DNA of 64,000 nucleotides from Alphaproteobacteria bacterium (lineage in GTDB: Bacteria; Pseudomonadota; Alphaproteobacteria; UBA2136; UBA6156): assembly GCA_036261915.1 (NCBI GenBank), contig DATAJX010000005.1, positions 8,689 to 72,688 of the forward strand, read 5' to 3'. Within the stretch, counting starts at the first letter, position 1. Every line of letters starts with the position of its first letter. The translations under genes were made by a program, and so were the position numbers. A model generated the notes under the pieces. The model saw nothing but the letters and a program-made list of their open reading frames with translations. It did not search any database and was not told where the DNA came from. Below, in pieces: positions 8,654 through 17,044 of the stretch.

Positions 8654-8815
8654 GGGTGATGCAAGGTTAGGCATTGGCGGGATGGTGTCAAGCCTTGTAT
8701 GGGCGGTTTTGTGCTTTGCGTGCAACCGGCTTGCGCCCCTGTGGCAACACGGCCTATAGAGAGGCTACTGAGAGATACCTGTTTGTTTTGGCCCCTGTTT
8801 TTGGAGGATATTCCA

Positions 8816-9739
8816 ATGCGTTTAACCCCCCTGGCCCTTGCGGCCCTGCTGGCCACGGCCCTGCCCGCCGCTGCGCTTGCCGACGACGATGTGGACGTGC
8901 CGGGCATCTCGCCTTACTTCTGCCGGGCGCTGGAAGGGACGCCCACCGGCAATAGTTGCACAGCCCCCTATGTACCCTACAGCGGCGACGCCTGCGGCGT
9001 TTACGACGACGTGGACGATAAGAACCCCGCCACGGAGCGGTGGCTCGATGACAACAAGAACTCGTGCAGCGCCGACGTGGTGGAGCAGGCCAAGAGCATG
9101 ACCCTGAAGGCCAGGGCCAAGTTGCGCGGCTACATGACCGCCGGAGGCGACGAAACCCGCAACGACCCCGTGTTCAACCAAAGCTACCGCCCCAATGGCG
9201 CCGCCCTTGACGCCGGGACCCAGTACTTTGCCGCCGAGTGCGTGGTGAAGACCTGCGGCGGCAGCGGCGGCGACCCGGCCCCACCACGCCGCGACAGCGA
9301 CGACGAGGACCAGGACACCGCGCCTCCCCCGCCGCCGCGCCGCCAGCCGCCGCCCTACACCCCGGCACCCAAACCGCTGGTGCCACCGACCTTCATGTTC
9401 ACGGTGTGCAACGAGACCAACCATCCTGTGCTGGTGGCGACCTCGGACCGCAACAGCATCACCCAGCTGTTCACCACCCGGGGCTGGTGGCGCGTAAACG
9501 CCAACACCTGCCTGCGGCTGGGGCCCTATGTGGCGGGCCACTTTTACTTTTTCGGCACCTACCGGGCCCCCGGCCTGGCCAGGGTGTACGTGGCCGGCGC
9601 CGAAACCCTGAGCCTGTGCGTGGAGCCCGAGCAGTTCAACTTCGTGCGCGGCTCGCGCGATGCCTGTACCAGCGGGCAACGCCGGGACTTCAGCCACATC
9701 AACACCTACAGCGACTTCACCTGGACCATCCGGGACTGA
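8816..9739 (+). CDS. secreted protein with Pro-rich linker and DUF1036-like C-terminal domain
   Basis: Met40 of ORF 8699..9739 after GGAGGA. Signal peptide MRLTPLALAALLATALPAAALA. C-terminal FTVCNETNHPV...RGWWRVNANTCL pattern; the family name is from memory. Confidence 0.65.
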   Translation: MRLTPLALAALLATALPAAALADDDVDVPGISPYFCRALEGTPTGNSCTAPYVPYSGDACGVYDDVDDKNPATERWLDDNKNSCSADVVEQAKSMTLKARAKLRGYMTAGGDETRNDPVFNQSYRPNGAALDAGTQYFAAECVVKTCGGSGGDPAPPRRDSDDEDQDTAPPPPPRRQPPPYTPAPKPLVPPTFMFTVCNETNHPVLVATSDRNSITQLFTTRGWWRVNANTCLRLGPYVAGHFYFFGTYRAPGLARVYVAGAETLSLCVEPEQFNFVRGSRDACTSGQRRDFSHINTYSDFTWTIRD

Positions 9740-9756
9740 AGGACTGCCGGACCGGC

Positions 9757-9785
9757 CGGCCCCCGCTTTTGCGGGGGCCGTTTTC
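9757..9785 (+). terminator. rho-independent terminator
   Basis: cggcccccgc-tttt-gcgggggccg followed by tttt. Confidence 0.8.
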
Positions 9786-9847
9786 TTGCCTATGTTGTTT
9801 TTGGCGTTTGGTCTGTTACACTCGCGCCCAACAGAAAGAATACTTGC

Positions 9848-10462
9848 ATGTCTTATTTAGTGCCCATGGTGATCGAACAGACCGCGCGCGGCGAGCGCAG
9901 CTACGACATTTACAGCCGGTTGCTGAAGGAACGCGTCATTTTTGTGAGCGGCCAGGTTGAAGACCACATGGCCAACCTGATCGTGGCGCAGCTGCTGTTC
10001 CTTGAATCGGAAAACCCGGAAGCCGATATCAGCATGTACATCAACAGCCCCGGCGGCGTGGTGACCGCCGGCATGGCGATCTTGGACACCATGCGTTACA
10101 TCAAGTGCGACGTGAGCACCATTTGCGTTGGTTTGGCCGCGAGCATGGGCAGCCTGCTTTTGGCGGGCGGCACCAAGGGCAAGCGCTTTGCGCTGAACAA
10201 TGCCAAGGTGATGATCCACCAGCCGCTGGGCGGCGCGCAGGGGCAGGCCAGCGACATTGCCATTGCCGCCAAGAATATTCTGGAGACCCGCGACCTGGTG
10301 AACCGTATTCTGGCCGACTGCACCGGGCAGAAAATTGAACGCATCGAGAAAGACACCGACCGCGACAACTACATGACCGCCGCCGATGCCAAGGCTTACG
10401 GCCTTATCGACCATGTGCTGACCCACCGCGACGACGCCAAGGGCAAAAAGAAGGCGGCTTAA
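9848..10462 (+). CDS. clpP: ATP-dependent Clp protease proteolytic subunit
   Basis: [26 protein letters not shown], catalytic Ser context [11 protein letters not shown], and His in VMIHQPLGG. Confidence 0.95.
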   Translation: MSYLVPMVIEQTARGERSYDIYSRLLKERVIFVSGQVEDHMANLIVAQLLFLESENPEADISMYINSPGGVVTAGMAILDTMRYIKCDVSTICVGLAASMGSLLLAGGTKGKRFALNNAKVMIHQPLGGAQGQASDIAIAAKNILETRDLVNRILADCTGQKIERIEKDTDRDNYMTAADAKAYGLIDHVLTHRDDAKGKKKAA

Positions 10463-10473
10463 TTGCTGCTGGC

Positions 10474-10500
10474 AAAAAAGCGCCGAAGAGGCGCTTTTTT
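10474..10500 (+). terminator. rho-independent terminator after clpP
   Basis: aaaaaagcgcc-gaaga-ggcgctttttt. Confidence 0.8.
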
Positions 10501-10586
10501 GTGGCGCTCGGTCCCCTCGCTGGCCCGCTGCGGCGGGCCGTCGCTTCGCGATTTTCAGCGCTTATGAAGCGCGCCTTTGGCGCGAC
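10501..10586 (+). repeat. Family-A dispersed repeat, copy 2
   Basis: ..ctcgctggcccgctgcggcgggccgtcgcttcgcgattttcagcgCTTATGAAGcgcgcctttggcgcgac, ending exactly where the duplicated clpP 3' segment begins. Confidence 0.7.
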
Positions 10587-10696
10587 ACACCGACCGCGAC
10601 AACTACATGACCGCCGCCGATGCCAAGGCTTACGGCCTTATCGACCACGTGCTGACCCACCGCGACGATGCCAAGGGCAAGAAGAAGGCGGCTTAA
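10587..10696 (+). pseudogene. orphan duplicate of the last 110 nt of clpP, including the stop codon
   Basis: 107/110 identical to 10353-10462. The three differences are all synonymous in the clpP frame. There is no upstream coding continuation. Confidence 0.85.
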
Positions 10697-10705
10697 GCCG
10701 CGTAA

Positions 10706-10739
10706 ATAAAAACGCCCCCGGACAGGGGGCGTTTTTTTA
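10706..10739. terminator. bidirectional rho-independent terminator
   Basis: aaaaacgccccc-ggaca-gggggcgttttttt. Confidence 0.8.
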
Positions 10740-11258
10740 TTGGGCCTGCAAAAGCTGCGGGCGTTGCGCGAGGTTGGCCGGGCTGTGGGCCTTGAGCAGC
10801 ATTTGCAGGCCGGACCAGGTCTGGTCTTCGAGGTTGCTTTGCTCATACAGCCTGGCCACCACGTGAAGGTTGGTGCCCGGCTGGATGACCCGCAAAGCCG
10901 CTCGCGCGAAGGCGGCGGGGCGGTCGGTGCCGTGGTCGTAGAAGCGCATGAGGATGGCCGAGAACTCGACCGGGAAATTGTAGCGCCGCCGGGCTTCGTG
11001 GAAGGCAGCCGAATGGCCCGTTTTGCCGGTGAGCAGGTAAAACAGGCAGCCGCAGCGCTCGTATCCCGCGGCCCTGCCCGGCCAGAACCGCCACGAGCGG
11101 AACCAGCCGCGGCGCTTGCGCGTGTTCTTTTTCCAGCACTTCTGGATGAACATATGGTTGGGCGTATTGTCGAGCAGCGCGACGGCCTGCCGATGGATGT
11201 TGGGCGAACCGAAAAAGGCTCCGGGGGATTGGGGGGTGAAGTTTCGTTCGTGTCGCAT
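10737..11258 (-). CDS. hypothetical protein (173 aa)
   Basis: The ORF ends at the bidirectional terminator and has balanced amino-acid composition. The overlapping 272-aa and 187-aa ORFs look like GC-shadow frames. Confidence 0.55.
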   Translation of the reverse strand: MRHERNFTPQSPGAFFGSPNIHRQAVALLDNTPNHMFIQKCWKKNTRKRRGWFRSWRFWPGRAAGYERCGCLFYLLTGKTGHSAAFHEARRRYNFPVEFSAILMRFYDHGTDRPAAFARAALRVIQPGTNLHVVARLYEQSNLEDQTWSGLQMLLKAHSPANLAQRPQLLQAQ

Positions 11259-11380
11259 GGCAAAACCCTTTGCTTGTGCGGGAAAAAAGAACGCTTCAGA
11301 TAGCGGGAGTATAGCCGAGCGGCGGGTAAAATAAAGGGGGCCGCCAGATGGTTTTGGCGACCCCCTTCTGGTTCGACCAC

Positions 11381-11917
11381 TTAAACGGTGGTGATGTCTT
11401 TTTCCTTGTTGGTCAGCAGGGCATCGACCTGCGCCATGAAGCCGGAAACCTCTTTTTCAAACGCTTCGGTGGCACGCTTGTGCGCGTCTTCGCCTTCTTC
11501 TTCCTTGACCGTTTTGAGCGCGTCGAGGCCGTCGCGGCGCACGTTGCGCAGCGCGATGCGGGCGTCTTCGGCGTACTTTTTGGCGAGCTTGACCAGCTCG
11601 GCCCGGCGTTGCTCGTTCAGTTCGGGCAGCGGAATGCGGATGAGCTGGCCGTCGACCGCCGGGTTGAGGCCGAGGCCTGCGTCGCGGATGGCTTTTTCGG
11701 TGGCCGCGACCAATGAGCCGTCCCACACCTGCACGGTGAGCAGGCGGGCTTCGGCCACGTTGATGTTGCCCACCTGGTTGATGGGCATTTTGCTGCCGTA
11801 GGCGTCGACCATGACCGGGTTGAGCAGGTCGGTGGTGGCGCGGCCGGTGCGCAGGCTCGCGAATTCCTGTTTAAGCGCCGCGATGGCGCCGTTCATGCGT
11901 TGGGTGATATCTGACAT
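11381..11917 (-). CDS. frr: ribosome recycling factor
   Basis: Met13 of ORF 11381..11953: MSDITQRMNGAIAALKQEFASLRTGRA...LNPAVDGQLIRIPLPELNEQRR. Confidence 0.9.
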   Translation of the reverse strand: MSDITQRMNGAIAALKQEFASLRTGRATTDLLNPVMVDAYGSKMPINQVGNINVAEARLLTVQVWDGSLVAATEKAIRDAGLGLNPAVDGQLIRIPLPELNEQRRAELVKLAKKYAEDARIALRNVRRDGLDALKTVKEEEGEDAHKRATEAFEKEVSGFMAQVDALLTNKEKDITTV

Positions 11918-12063
11918 AGGCCGGAACGTGCCTTTAAACCCGTGCCGCGTCAAGCTGTTGACAAAACCCCCGCCCGGCCTTTTGATGCGCCACTTGTTTT
12001 TGTTGCGTCACCTCAACACGTTTATTCCCCCTGCCCTGCAACCCCCTGCCTTACGGACAAGCC

Positions 12064-12312
12064 ATGAGCACCCAACAGGAATTCGACCAATCGAGTGCTG
12101 TCATAAATGCGCTGTGCCGGCACTTTGGAAACGCCCCCACCAGCAAGCCCTTTACCGGCGAACCGCCCGGAAAACTGCTGTGCTTTGCCCAGGAGCCCGA
12201 GCCGGGCAAGCGGCCCCCGCGCCGGTTGAACGACTTTGAGGACCAGGTGAGGTCGAACGAACGGCCGGTGTACCCGCCCGGGCGGCAAGACGACCGCGGC
12301 GACCGGCTGTAA
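12064..12312 (+). CDS. possible small hypothetical protein (82 aa)
   Basis: ORF only, with no motif. It is followed within 10 nt by a second small ORF. Confidence 0.3.
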   Translation: MSTQQEFDQSSAVINALCRHFGNAPTSKPFTGEPPGKLLCFAQEPEPGKRPPRRLNDFEDQVRSNERPVYPPGRQDDRGDRL

Positions 12313-12322
12313 CGGAGTACCC

Positions 12323-12532
12323 ATGCCCACCATGCAAGAGCTGGCGCAGGCCCTGATGGCCCTGCCCTGTAGCGGTTACGACCCTGCCCCGGCTTTTGCC
12401 CCGACGGTTAACGTTGAGGCGGACCGGTGCCGGGCCACGACATTGCTGCCGCCCAACTTTGGCGGCCGCACCCCACGGGTGATGGACGACGAACCGGCGG
12501 TGCCCGTGTTCCTCTTCCGCTACACATCGTGA
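12323..12532 (+). CDS. possible small hypothetical protein (69 aa)
   Basis: ORF only. A hairpin gggcagc-ttcg-gctgctc plus T run lies at 12541-12567, just downstream. Confidence 0.3.
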   Translation: MPTMQELAQALMALPCSGYDPAPAFAPTVNVEADRCRATTLLPPNFGGRTPRVMDDEPAVPVFLFRYTS

Positions 12533-12585
12533 CGGCAAAAAGGGCAGCTTCGGCTGCTCTTTTTTTGTTGGCGTATGGTTGGGGG

Positions 12586-13293
12586 ATGGTCCGCCAACTG
12601 GGATTGCTTGCCGAACTGAACCTGCACCGCGAGGCGTGGCAGCCGGTTTTGATTTTGCTGGCCGGCGTGTTTTTGCTGAGCGCCACACCGCTGCGTGTTC
12701 CCTTCAAGTGGGCCGAGACCTTTTACCACGAGTTTTCACACGGGCTGGCCGCTCTGCTCACCGGCGGGCGCATCGGGCGGATTCAACTGCGCTTTGACGG
12801 CAGCGGCGTGTGCACCACCCGTGGCGGCAGCCGCACGTTGATATTGCTGGCGGGTTACGCCGGGGCCGCGTTGTGGGGCGGCATGCTGTACCTGATCGGC
12901 GGCGGGTTGACGCCGGAAGCCACCCAGATGTGGCTTATTGCCGAGCTGACCTTGCTGGGCATTGTGTTTGTGCTGTGGGCGCGCGACCCGCAGACGTGGC
13001 TTATTCTTCTGGTGATCGCGGGGGTATATGCGCTGGGGTTGTGGTTGCCTGACAGCCGTGTGCTGCCGTGGCTGTTCCGGATCATCGGGCTATATGTGTT
13101 GTGCAACGCGCTGAAGGCGCCGCTGGTGCTGATAGACGGCCAGAGCGTGGGCGACGGCGCCGATTTGCAGCGGCTTTACTGGATCATCCCCGAAATTGTG
13201 TGGGTGATGCTGTGGTTTGTGTTTGCGCTGGCGGTGCTGGTGTACTGCATGGCGCGCACCGTGCCCGGCGTGGGTTGGGCACTGGGGATTTAA
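12586..13293 (+). CDS. M50B-like integral-membrane metallopeptidase
   Basis: Met54 of ORF 12427..13293, downstream of a terminator-like hairpin. Multi-pass membrane protein with the HEFSH zinc motif. Confidence 0.65.
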   Translation: MVRQLGLLAELNLHREAWQPVLILLAGVFLLSATPLRVPFKWAETFYHEFSHGLAALLTGGRIGRIQLRFDGSGVCTTRGGSRTLILLAGYAGAALWGGMLYLIGGGLTPEATQMWLIAELTLLGIVFVLWARDPQTWLILLVIAGVYALGLWLPDSRVLPWLFRIIGLYVLCNALKAPLVLIDGQSVGDGADLQRLYWIIPEIVWVMLWFVFALAVLVYCMARTVPGVGWALGI

Positions 13294-13319
13294 AAAGGCC
13301 CCCGCAGGGGGCCTTTTTT
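13292..13319. terminator. bidirectional rho-independent terminator
   Basis: aaaaaggccccc-gca-gggggcctttttt. Confidence 0.8.
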
Positions 13320-13331
13320 GCAGTTTGGTGG

Positions 13332-13886
13332 TCAGGGCATTTTTTGCAACGTGGGGCTCCAACCTGCCAGCAGGTGCGCCAGGCAGGCCAGGCCAAGCGT
13401 GGGATTGACCCGGGCCACCAGTGTTTCGGCACCCTTCTGGAACAGGTAATACTCGTAGGCCGGGTTGCCCTGGCCGTCCATGAACGCGGCGACCTGCTTG
13501 TGGCCGTCGCGCGCCAGGTTGTTGGCCAGGACGGCCGTGGGTTGACCACCGGTGCCGTCGGGCATGCAGAGCAGGTCGCTTCCGTCGGGGCGGCCCTTGG
13601 GCAGGGTGTTGACCGCCGACATGGGCCACGCGTTGACCAGCCACCGGCTGCCCACGGCAAGCGTGGTGAAGGTGCCGCCGGGGTGGGTATAGGCGATGGT
13701 CCAGACCTGATTGCCGTTGAGCATGGTGACAGCCGATATTTTCATTTTATCGGTGGCGCCAGGCATGGCGGCCTCTCCCACGTAGACCGCGACGATATCT
13801 TCGGACGGCGATGCAGGCTGGGCCGATGCGGCGGCAGGGAATAAGAGAAAGAAAAGAGCGGTTAACTGGCGAAACGAGGGCAGCAT
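13332..13886 (-). CDS. secreted hypothetical protein
   Basis: Met15 of ORF 13332..13928. Signal peptide MLPSFRQLTALFFLLFPAAASA. Confidence 0.6.
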   Translation of the reverse strand: MLPSFRQLTALFFLLFPAAASAQPASPSEDIVAVYVGEAAMPGATDKMKISAVTMLNGNQVWTIAYTHPGGTFTTLAVGSRWLVNAWPMSAVNTLPKGRPDGSDLLCMPDGTGGQPTAVLANNLARDGHKQVAAFMDGQGNPAYEYYLFQKGAETLVARVNPTLGLACLAHLLAGWSPTLQKMP

Positions 13887-13967
13887 GGGGAGACTCCGTT
13901 GGCTGCGTGGAAATGTAGTAACCGCCATATAGGCAAGGGCGGTGGCCTTTACCAGCCCCCTGCCCGA

Positions 13968-13996
13968 TAAAAAAACCGCCCGGAGGCGGTTTTTTT
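13968..13996. terminator. bidirectional rho-independent terminator overlapping the nusG stop
   Basis: aaaaaaaccgcc-cgga-ggcggttttttt. Confidence 0.8.
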
Positions 13997-14753
13997 AGGC
14001 CTTTTCGACCTGCGAGAAGTCGAGCTCGATGGGTGTGGCTCGGCCGAAGATGGACACGCTGACGGTGAGGCGTTCCTTGTCGTCGTCGACGATCTCGACC
14101 ATGCCCTGGAAGTTGGCGAACGGCCCTTCCATGACGCGCACTTCTTCGCCGATCTCGAACTTGACCAGGCTGCGGGGCTTGTCGGCGCCGTGCTGCATCT
14201 GGTTGAGGATGCGCTCGGCCTCGGACGAGCTGATGGGCAGCGGCTTGCGGCCCTGCTCGGCGCCCATGAAGGCGGTGACGTGCGGGGTGTGGCGGATCAG
14301 GTGCCAGACGTCGTCGATCATCAGGCACTTGATGAGCACGTAGCCGGGGAAGAACTTGCGTTCGCCGGACACCTTCTGGCCCTTTTTGACCTCGACCACC
14401 GGCTCCATCGGGATGAGCACGTCTTCGACGCTTTTTTGCATGCCTTGCAGCAGGATCTGCTCGCGGATGAGCATTTGCACGCGCTTTTCGTAGTTGGAGG
14501 CGGTTTGAATGACGTACCAGCGCGAGCCTTCGACCGGTTGCGGGTTCCAGGTGATGCGGCTGGCGCTTTCGGCCAAAATTTTGCGGTGGCTGATCTTGGC
14601 CTTTTTGGCCTTGGCTTTGGGCTTGGCGGGCTCCTTCGCCTTTTTGGCGGCCTTGGCCAGCTTGGCCTCGACGGCCTTGCGTTCGCGGATGCCCGACTTG
14701 CCGCCGGCGCTGGCGGAAGTGGCTTGGGCGGAAGTGAGTTTTTTACCAGCCAT
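13995..14753 (-). CDS. nusG: transcription termination/antitermination factor NusG with a K/A-rich N-terminal extension
   Basis: NGN segment SRWYVIQTASNYEKRV and KOW motif GEEVRVMEGPFANFQGMVEIV. GAAGGA RBS. Lies directly downstream of secE. Confidence 0.9.
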   Translation of the reverse strand: MAGKKLTSAQATSASAGGKSGIRERKAVEAKLAKAAKKAKEPAKPKAKAKKAKISHRKILAESASRITWNPQPVEGSRWYVIQTASNYEKRVQMLIREQILLQGMQKSVEDVLIPMEPVVEVKKGQKVSGERKFFPGYVLIKCLMIDDVWHLIRHTPHVTAFMGAEQGRKPLPISSSEAERILNQMQHGADKPRSLVKFEIGEEVRVMEGPFANFQGMVEIVDDDKERLTVSVSIFGRATPIELDFSQVEKA

Positions 14754-14776
14754 GATGTTTATCCTTCAATTACCAA

Positions 14777-14977
14777 TTACACGTTGAGGCCGAGCAGCCA
14801 GTTGAGGGCCGCGCCGATGCCGAGATCGACCGCCACCAAAAACAGCGCCACAATGCTGACCAGGATGAAGACCATCACGGTCATCTGGCGGGTTTCGCGC
14901 CCGGACGGCCATGTGATGCGCAGGGCCTCGGCTTTGACTTCCCGCGCGAATTTGGCGACGTCGGCAAAGTTTGGCAT
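14777..14977 (-). CDS. secE: preprotein translocase subunit SecE
   Basis: 66 aa: FAREVKAEALRITWPSGRET followed by a single TM. Sits in the conserved position upstream of nusG. Confidence 0.85.
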   Translation of the reverse strand: MPNFADVAKFAREVKAEALRITWPSGRETRQMTVMVFILVSIVALFLVAVDLGIGAALNWLLGLNV

Positions 14978-15077
14978 GCGGTGGGCCTTTCTGTTTCTCA
15001 GGTTAGTGGACAGCCGAAAGTATCGGCCGAGCCGTTGGGTTGGGGTTTAGCGCGGGGGGCTGCCCCGGTCAAGCGGA

Positions 15078-16538
15078 TTAGGCCTTATCTATCGCTTCTT
15101 TAAGCAGGCGGTTGACCACTTCGGGATTAGCCTGGCCCTTGGTTTCGGCCATCACCTTGCCCACGAAGCTGCCGAAAATACGCTCGTTGCCGCCCTTGTA
15201 CTTGGCCACGAGGTCGAGGTTTTCGGCGATGACCTTGCTGCAGATGGCCCCCAGCGCGCCTTCGTCGGATATCTGGCCCATACCGGATTCGGCCACGATG
15301 GCGCCGGCGGCCTTGCCGGTTTCGAGCATGGTGGCGAACACCTGCTTGGCCATTTTGCCGGAAATTTTGCCCGAAGAGATGAGATCGACCAGCTCGCCCA
15401 GTTGTTGGGGTTTGAGGGGTGCATTTTCGAGTTCGGTGCCGGTTTTGTTGAGCGCGCCGAACAGCTCGACCATCATCCAGTTGGCGGCCAGCTTGGCGTC
15501 GCGGCCCTGCGCCAGGTCGTTGAAATAATCGACGTAGGCTTTGTCGGACGTGAGCAGCGTGGCGTCGCCTTCGCTCAGGCCCATGGCCAGGAACTCGGCC
15601 TTCAGCACGTCGGGCAGCTTGGGCATTTTTTCCTTGATGTCGAAAATGCGCTTGACGCTGATGTTGAGCGGCAGCAGGTCGGGGCACGGGAAATAGCGGT
15701 AATCGTGCGCGTCTTCTTTACTCCGCAGCGGGCGGGTCTCTTCCTTGTCCGGGTCCCACAGGCGGGTTTCCTGGTCGACGGTGCCCCCGCTTTCCCACAC
15801 GCTCACGTGCCGTTCGGCCTCGTGCTGGATGGCGTGCATGACGTGGCGGATGCTGTTCAAATTCTTGATTTCACAACGGGTTCGGAGCTTATCTTCACCC
15901 ACTTTACGAACCGAGACATTGGCGTCGCAGCGGAGGTTGCCTTTTTCCATGTCGCCGTCGCAGATACCGAGGAAGCGCAGCAGGGTGCGCATCTTCTTCA
16001 TGTAGGCGCCGGCTTCTTCGGGCGTGCGGATGTCGGGCTCGGACACGATCTCCATCAGCGGCACCCCTGCCCGGTTCAAATCGACGTAGCTGACCGTGGC
16101 GGGGCCGAGGTCGTGGATGCTTTTACCGGCGTCTTCCTCGAGGTGCATGCGGGTGATTTTGATGAGCTTTTGGCTGCCGTCGGGCAGGTCGATGTTCAGC
16201 TCGCCGAACTCGACGATGGGCTGGTCGAACTGCGAGATTTGATAGCCCTTGGGCAGGTCGGGGTAAAAATAGTTTTTACGCGCGAACACGCTGGTTTGAT
16301 TGATCTGCGCGTTGATGGCGAGGCCCAGCTTGATGCCCGCATCGACCGCGCCCGCGTTGAGCACCGGCAGCATGCCGGGCATGCCCAGATCGATCGTGCT
16401 GGCCTGGGTGTTGGGCTCGGCCCCGAAGGCCGTGCTGCTGCCGCTGAACAGCTTTGATCTGGTGGTGATCTGGGCGTGGACTTCGAGCCCGATGACCATT
16501 TCGTAACCGTGGGGCAACAAGGGTGCTTTTTCGCTCAT
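15078..16538 (-). CDS. gatB: Asp/Glu-tRNA(Asn/Gln) amidotransferase subunit B
   Basis: Met6 of ORF 15078..16553: YEMVIGLEVHAQITTRSKLF...NRAGVPLMEIVSEPD. Confidence 0.92.
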   Translation of the reverse strand: MSEKAPLLPHGYEMVIGLEVHAQITTRSKLFSGSSTAFGAEPNTQASTIDLGMPGMLPVLNAGAVDAGIKLGLAINAQINQTSVFARKNYFYPDLPKGYQISQFDQPIVEFGELNIDLPDGSQKLIKITRMHLEEDAGKSIHDLGPATVSYVDLNRAGVPLMEIVSEPDIRTPEEAGAYMKKMRTLLRFLGICDGDMEKGNLRCDANVSVRKVGEDKLRTRCEIKNLNSIRHVMHAIQHEAERHVSVWESGGTVDQETRLWDPDKEETRPLRSKEDAHDYRYFPCPDLLPLNISVKRIFDIKEKMPKLPDVLKAEFLAMGLSEGDATLLTSDKAYVDYFNDLAQGRDAKLAANWMMVELFGALNKTGTELENAPLKPQQLGELVDLISSGKISGKMAKQVFATMLETGKAAGAIVAESGMGQISDEGALGAICSKVIAENLDLVAKYKGGNERIFGSFVGKVMAETKGQANPEVVNRLLKEAIDKA

Positions 16539-16552
16539 GCGGCGGTTATACA

Positions 16553-16579
16553 CAAAAAAGCGGGCCTTGATAAGCCCGC
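16553..16579 (-). terminator. rho-independent terminator (minus strand)
   Basis: Minus strand reads gcgggc-ttatcaag-gcccgc then tttttt, after the 16608..16973 gene. Confidence 0.65.
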
Positions 16580-16607
16580 CCCGGCCGTGCCGGCACTTTT
16601 TTGGCGG

Positions 16608-16973
16608 CTATTTGCCGCGGCCCACCCGGCTGCGGAACAGGCGCCGGTGGCTGAAATAAACCCCGGCGGTGAGCAGCAGGTAAATGGCGCTGTGGGTGGT
16701 TTGGCGCACCGCGTTGATGTGCTGGTTGCGGGCCTCTTGCTTTTGGCGCACCGAGAGTTCGGCTTCGGTCATCGGGCGGGGGGCTTCGCTGCCCGGGCTG
16801 TAGACCACGGGGTCGATGTAATTGGGGCGCGGCATGGCCCAATCGAGCCCATTGTTGATGAGGCTGCCCACTAAAATAACGCTGACCAGCAGCGACACCG
16901 CGCACACCAGGGCGAGGTAGACGCTGTAAATGATATCGACCCACGGAGTGGCGGTGGCGGTTTTGGCGGCCAT
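16608..16973 (-). CDS. small membrane protein, hypothetical
   Basis: 121 aa with two hydrophobic segments: IIYSVYLALVCAVSLLVSVILVG and AIYLLLTAGVYF. Confidence 0.55.
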   Translation of the reverse strand: MAAKTATATPWVDIIYSVYLALVCAVSLLVSVILVGSLINNGLDWAMPRPNYIDPVVYSPGSEAPRPMTEAELSVRQKQEARNQHINAVRQTTHSAIYLLLTAGVYFSHRRLFRSRVGRGK

Positions 16974-17008
16974 GTGTTTTTCCTTTTTATATACAGCCAG
17001 TTAACCAC

Positions 17009-17038
17009 AAAAAAGCGGGCTTACAAAGCCCGCTTTTT
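17009..17038. terminator. bidirectional rho-independent terminator
   Basis: aaaaagcgggc-ttacaaa-gcccgcttttt. Confidence 0.75.
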
Positions 17039-17044
17039 AAAGAA

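Noticed and set aside
7295-8659. 454-aa plus-strand ORF
   Set aside because: It is the mirror image of clpX and has low-complexity G/A/D/F/L composition. The clpX motifs on the minus strand are unambiguous.
10562-11380. 272-aa minus-strand ORF spanning the clpP-fragment region
   Set aside because: It reads through the duplicated clpP 3' fragment and a bidirectional terminator and is Pro/Arg/Ser-rich. The 173-aa ORF 10737..11258 in another frame has normal composition and ends at the terminator.
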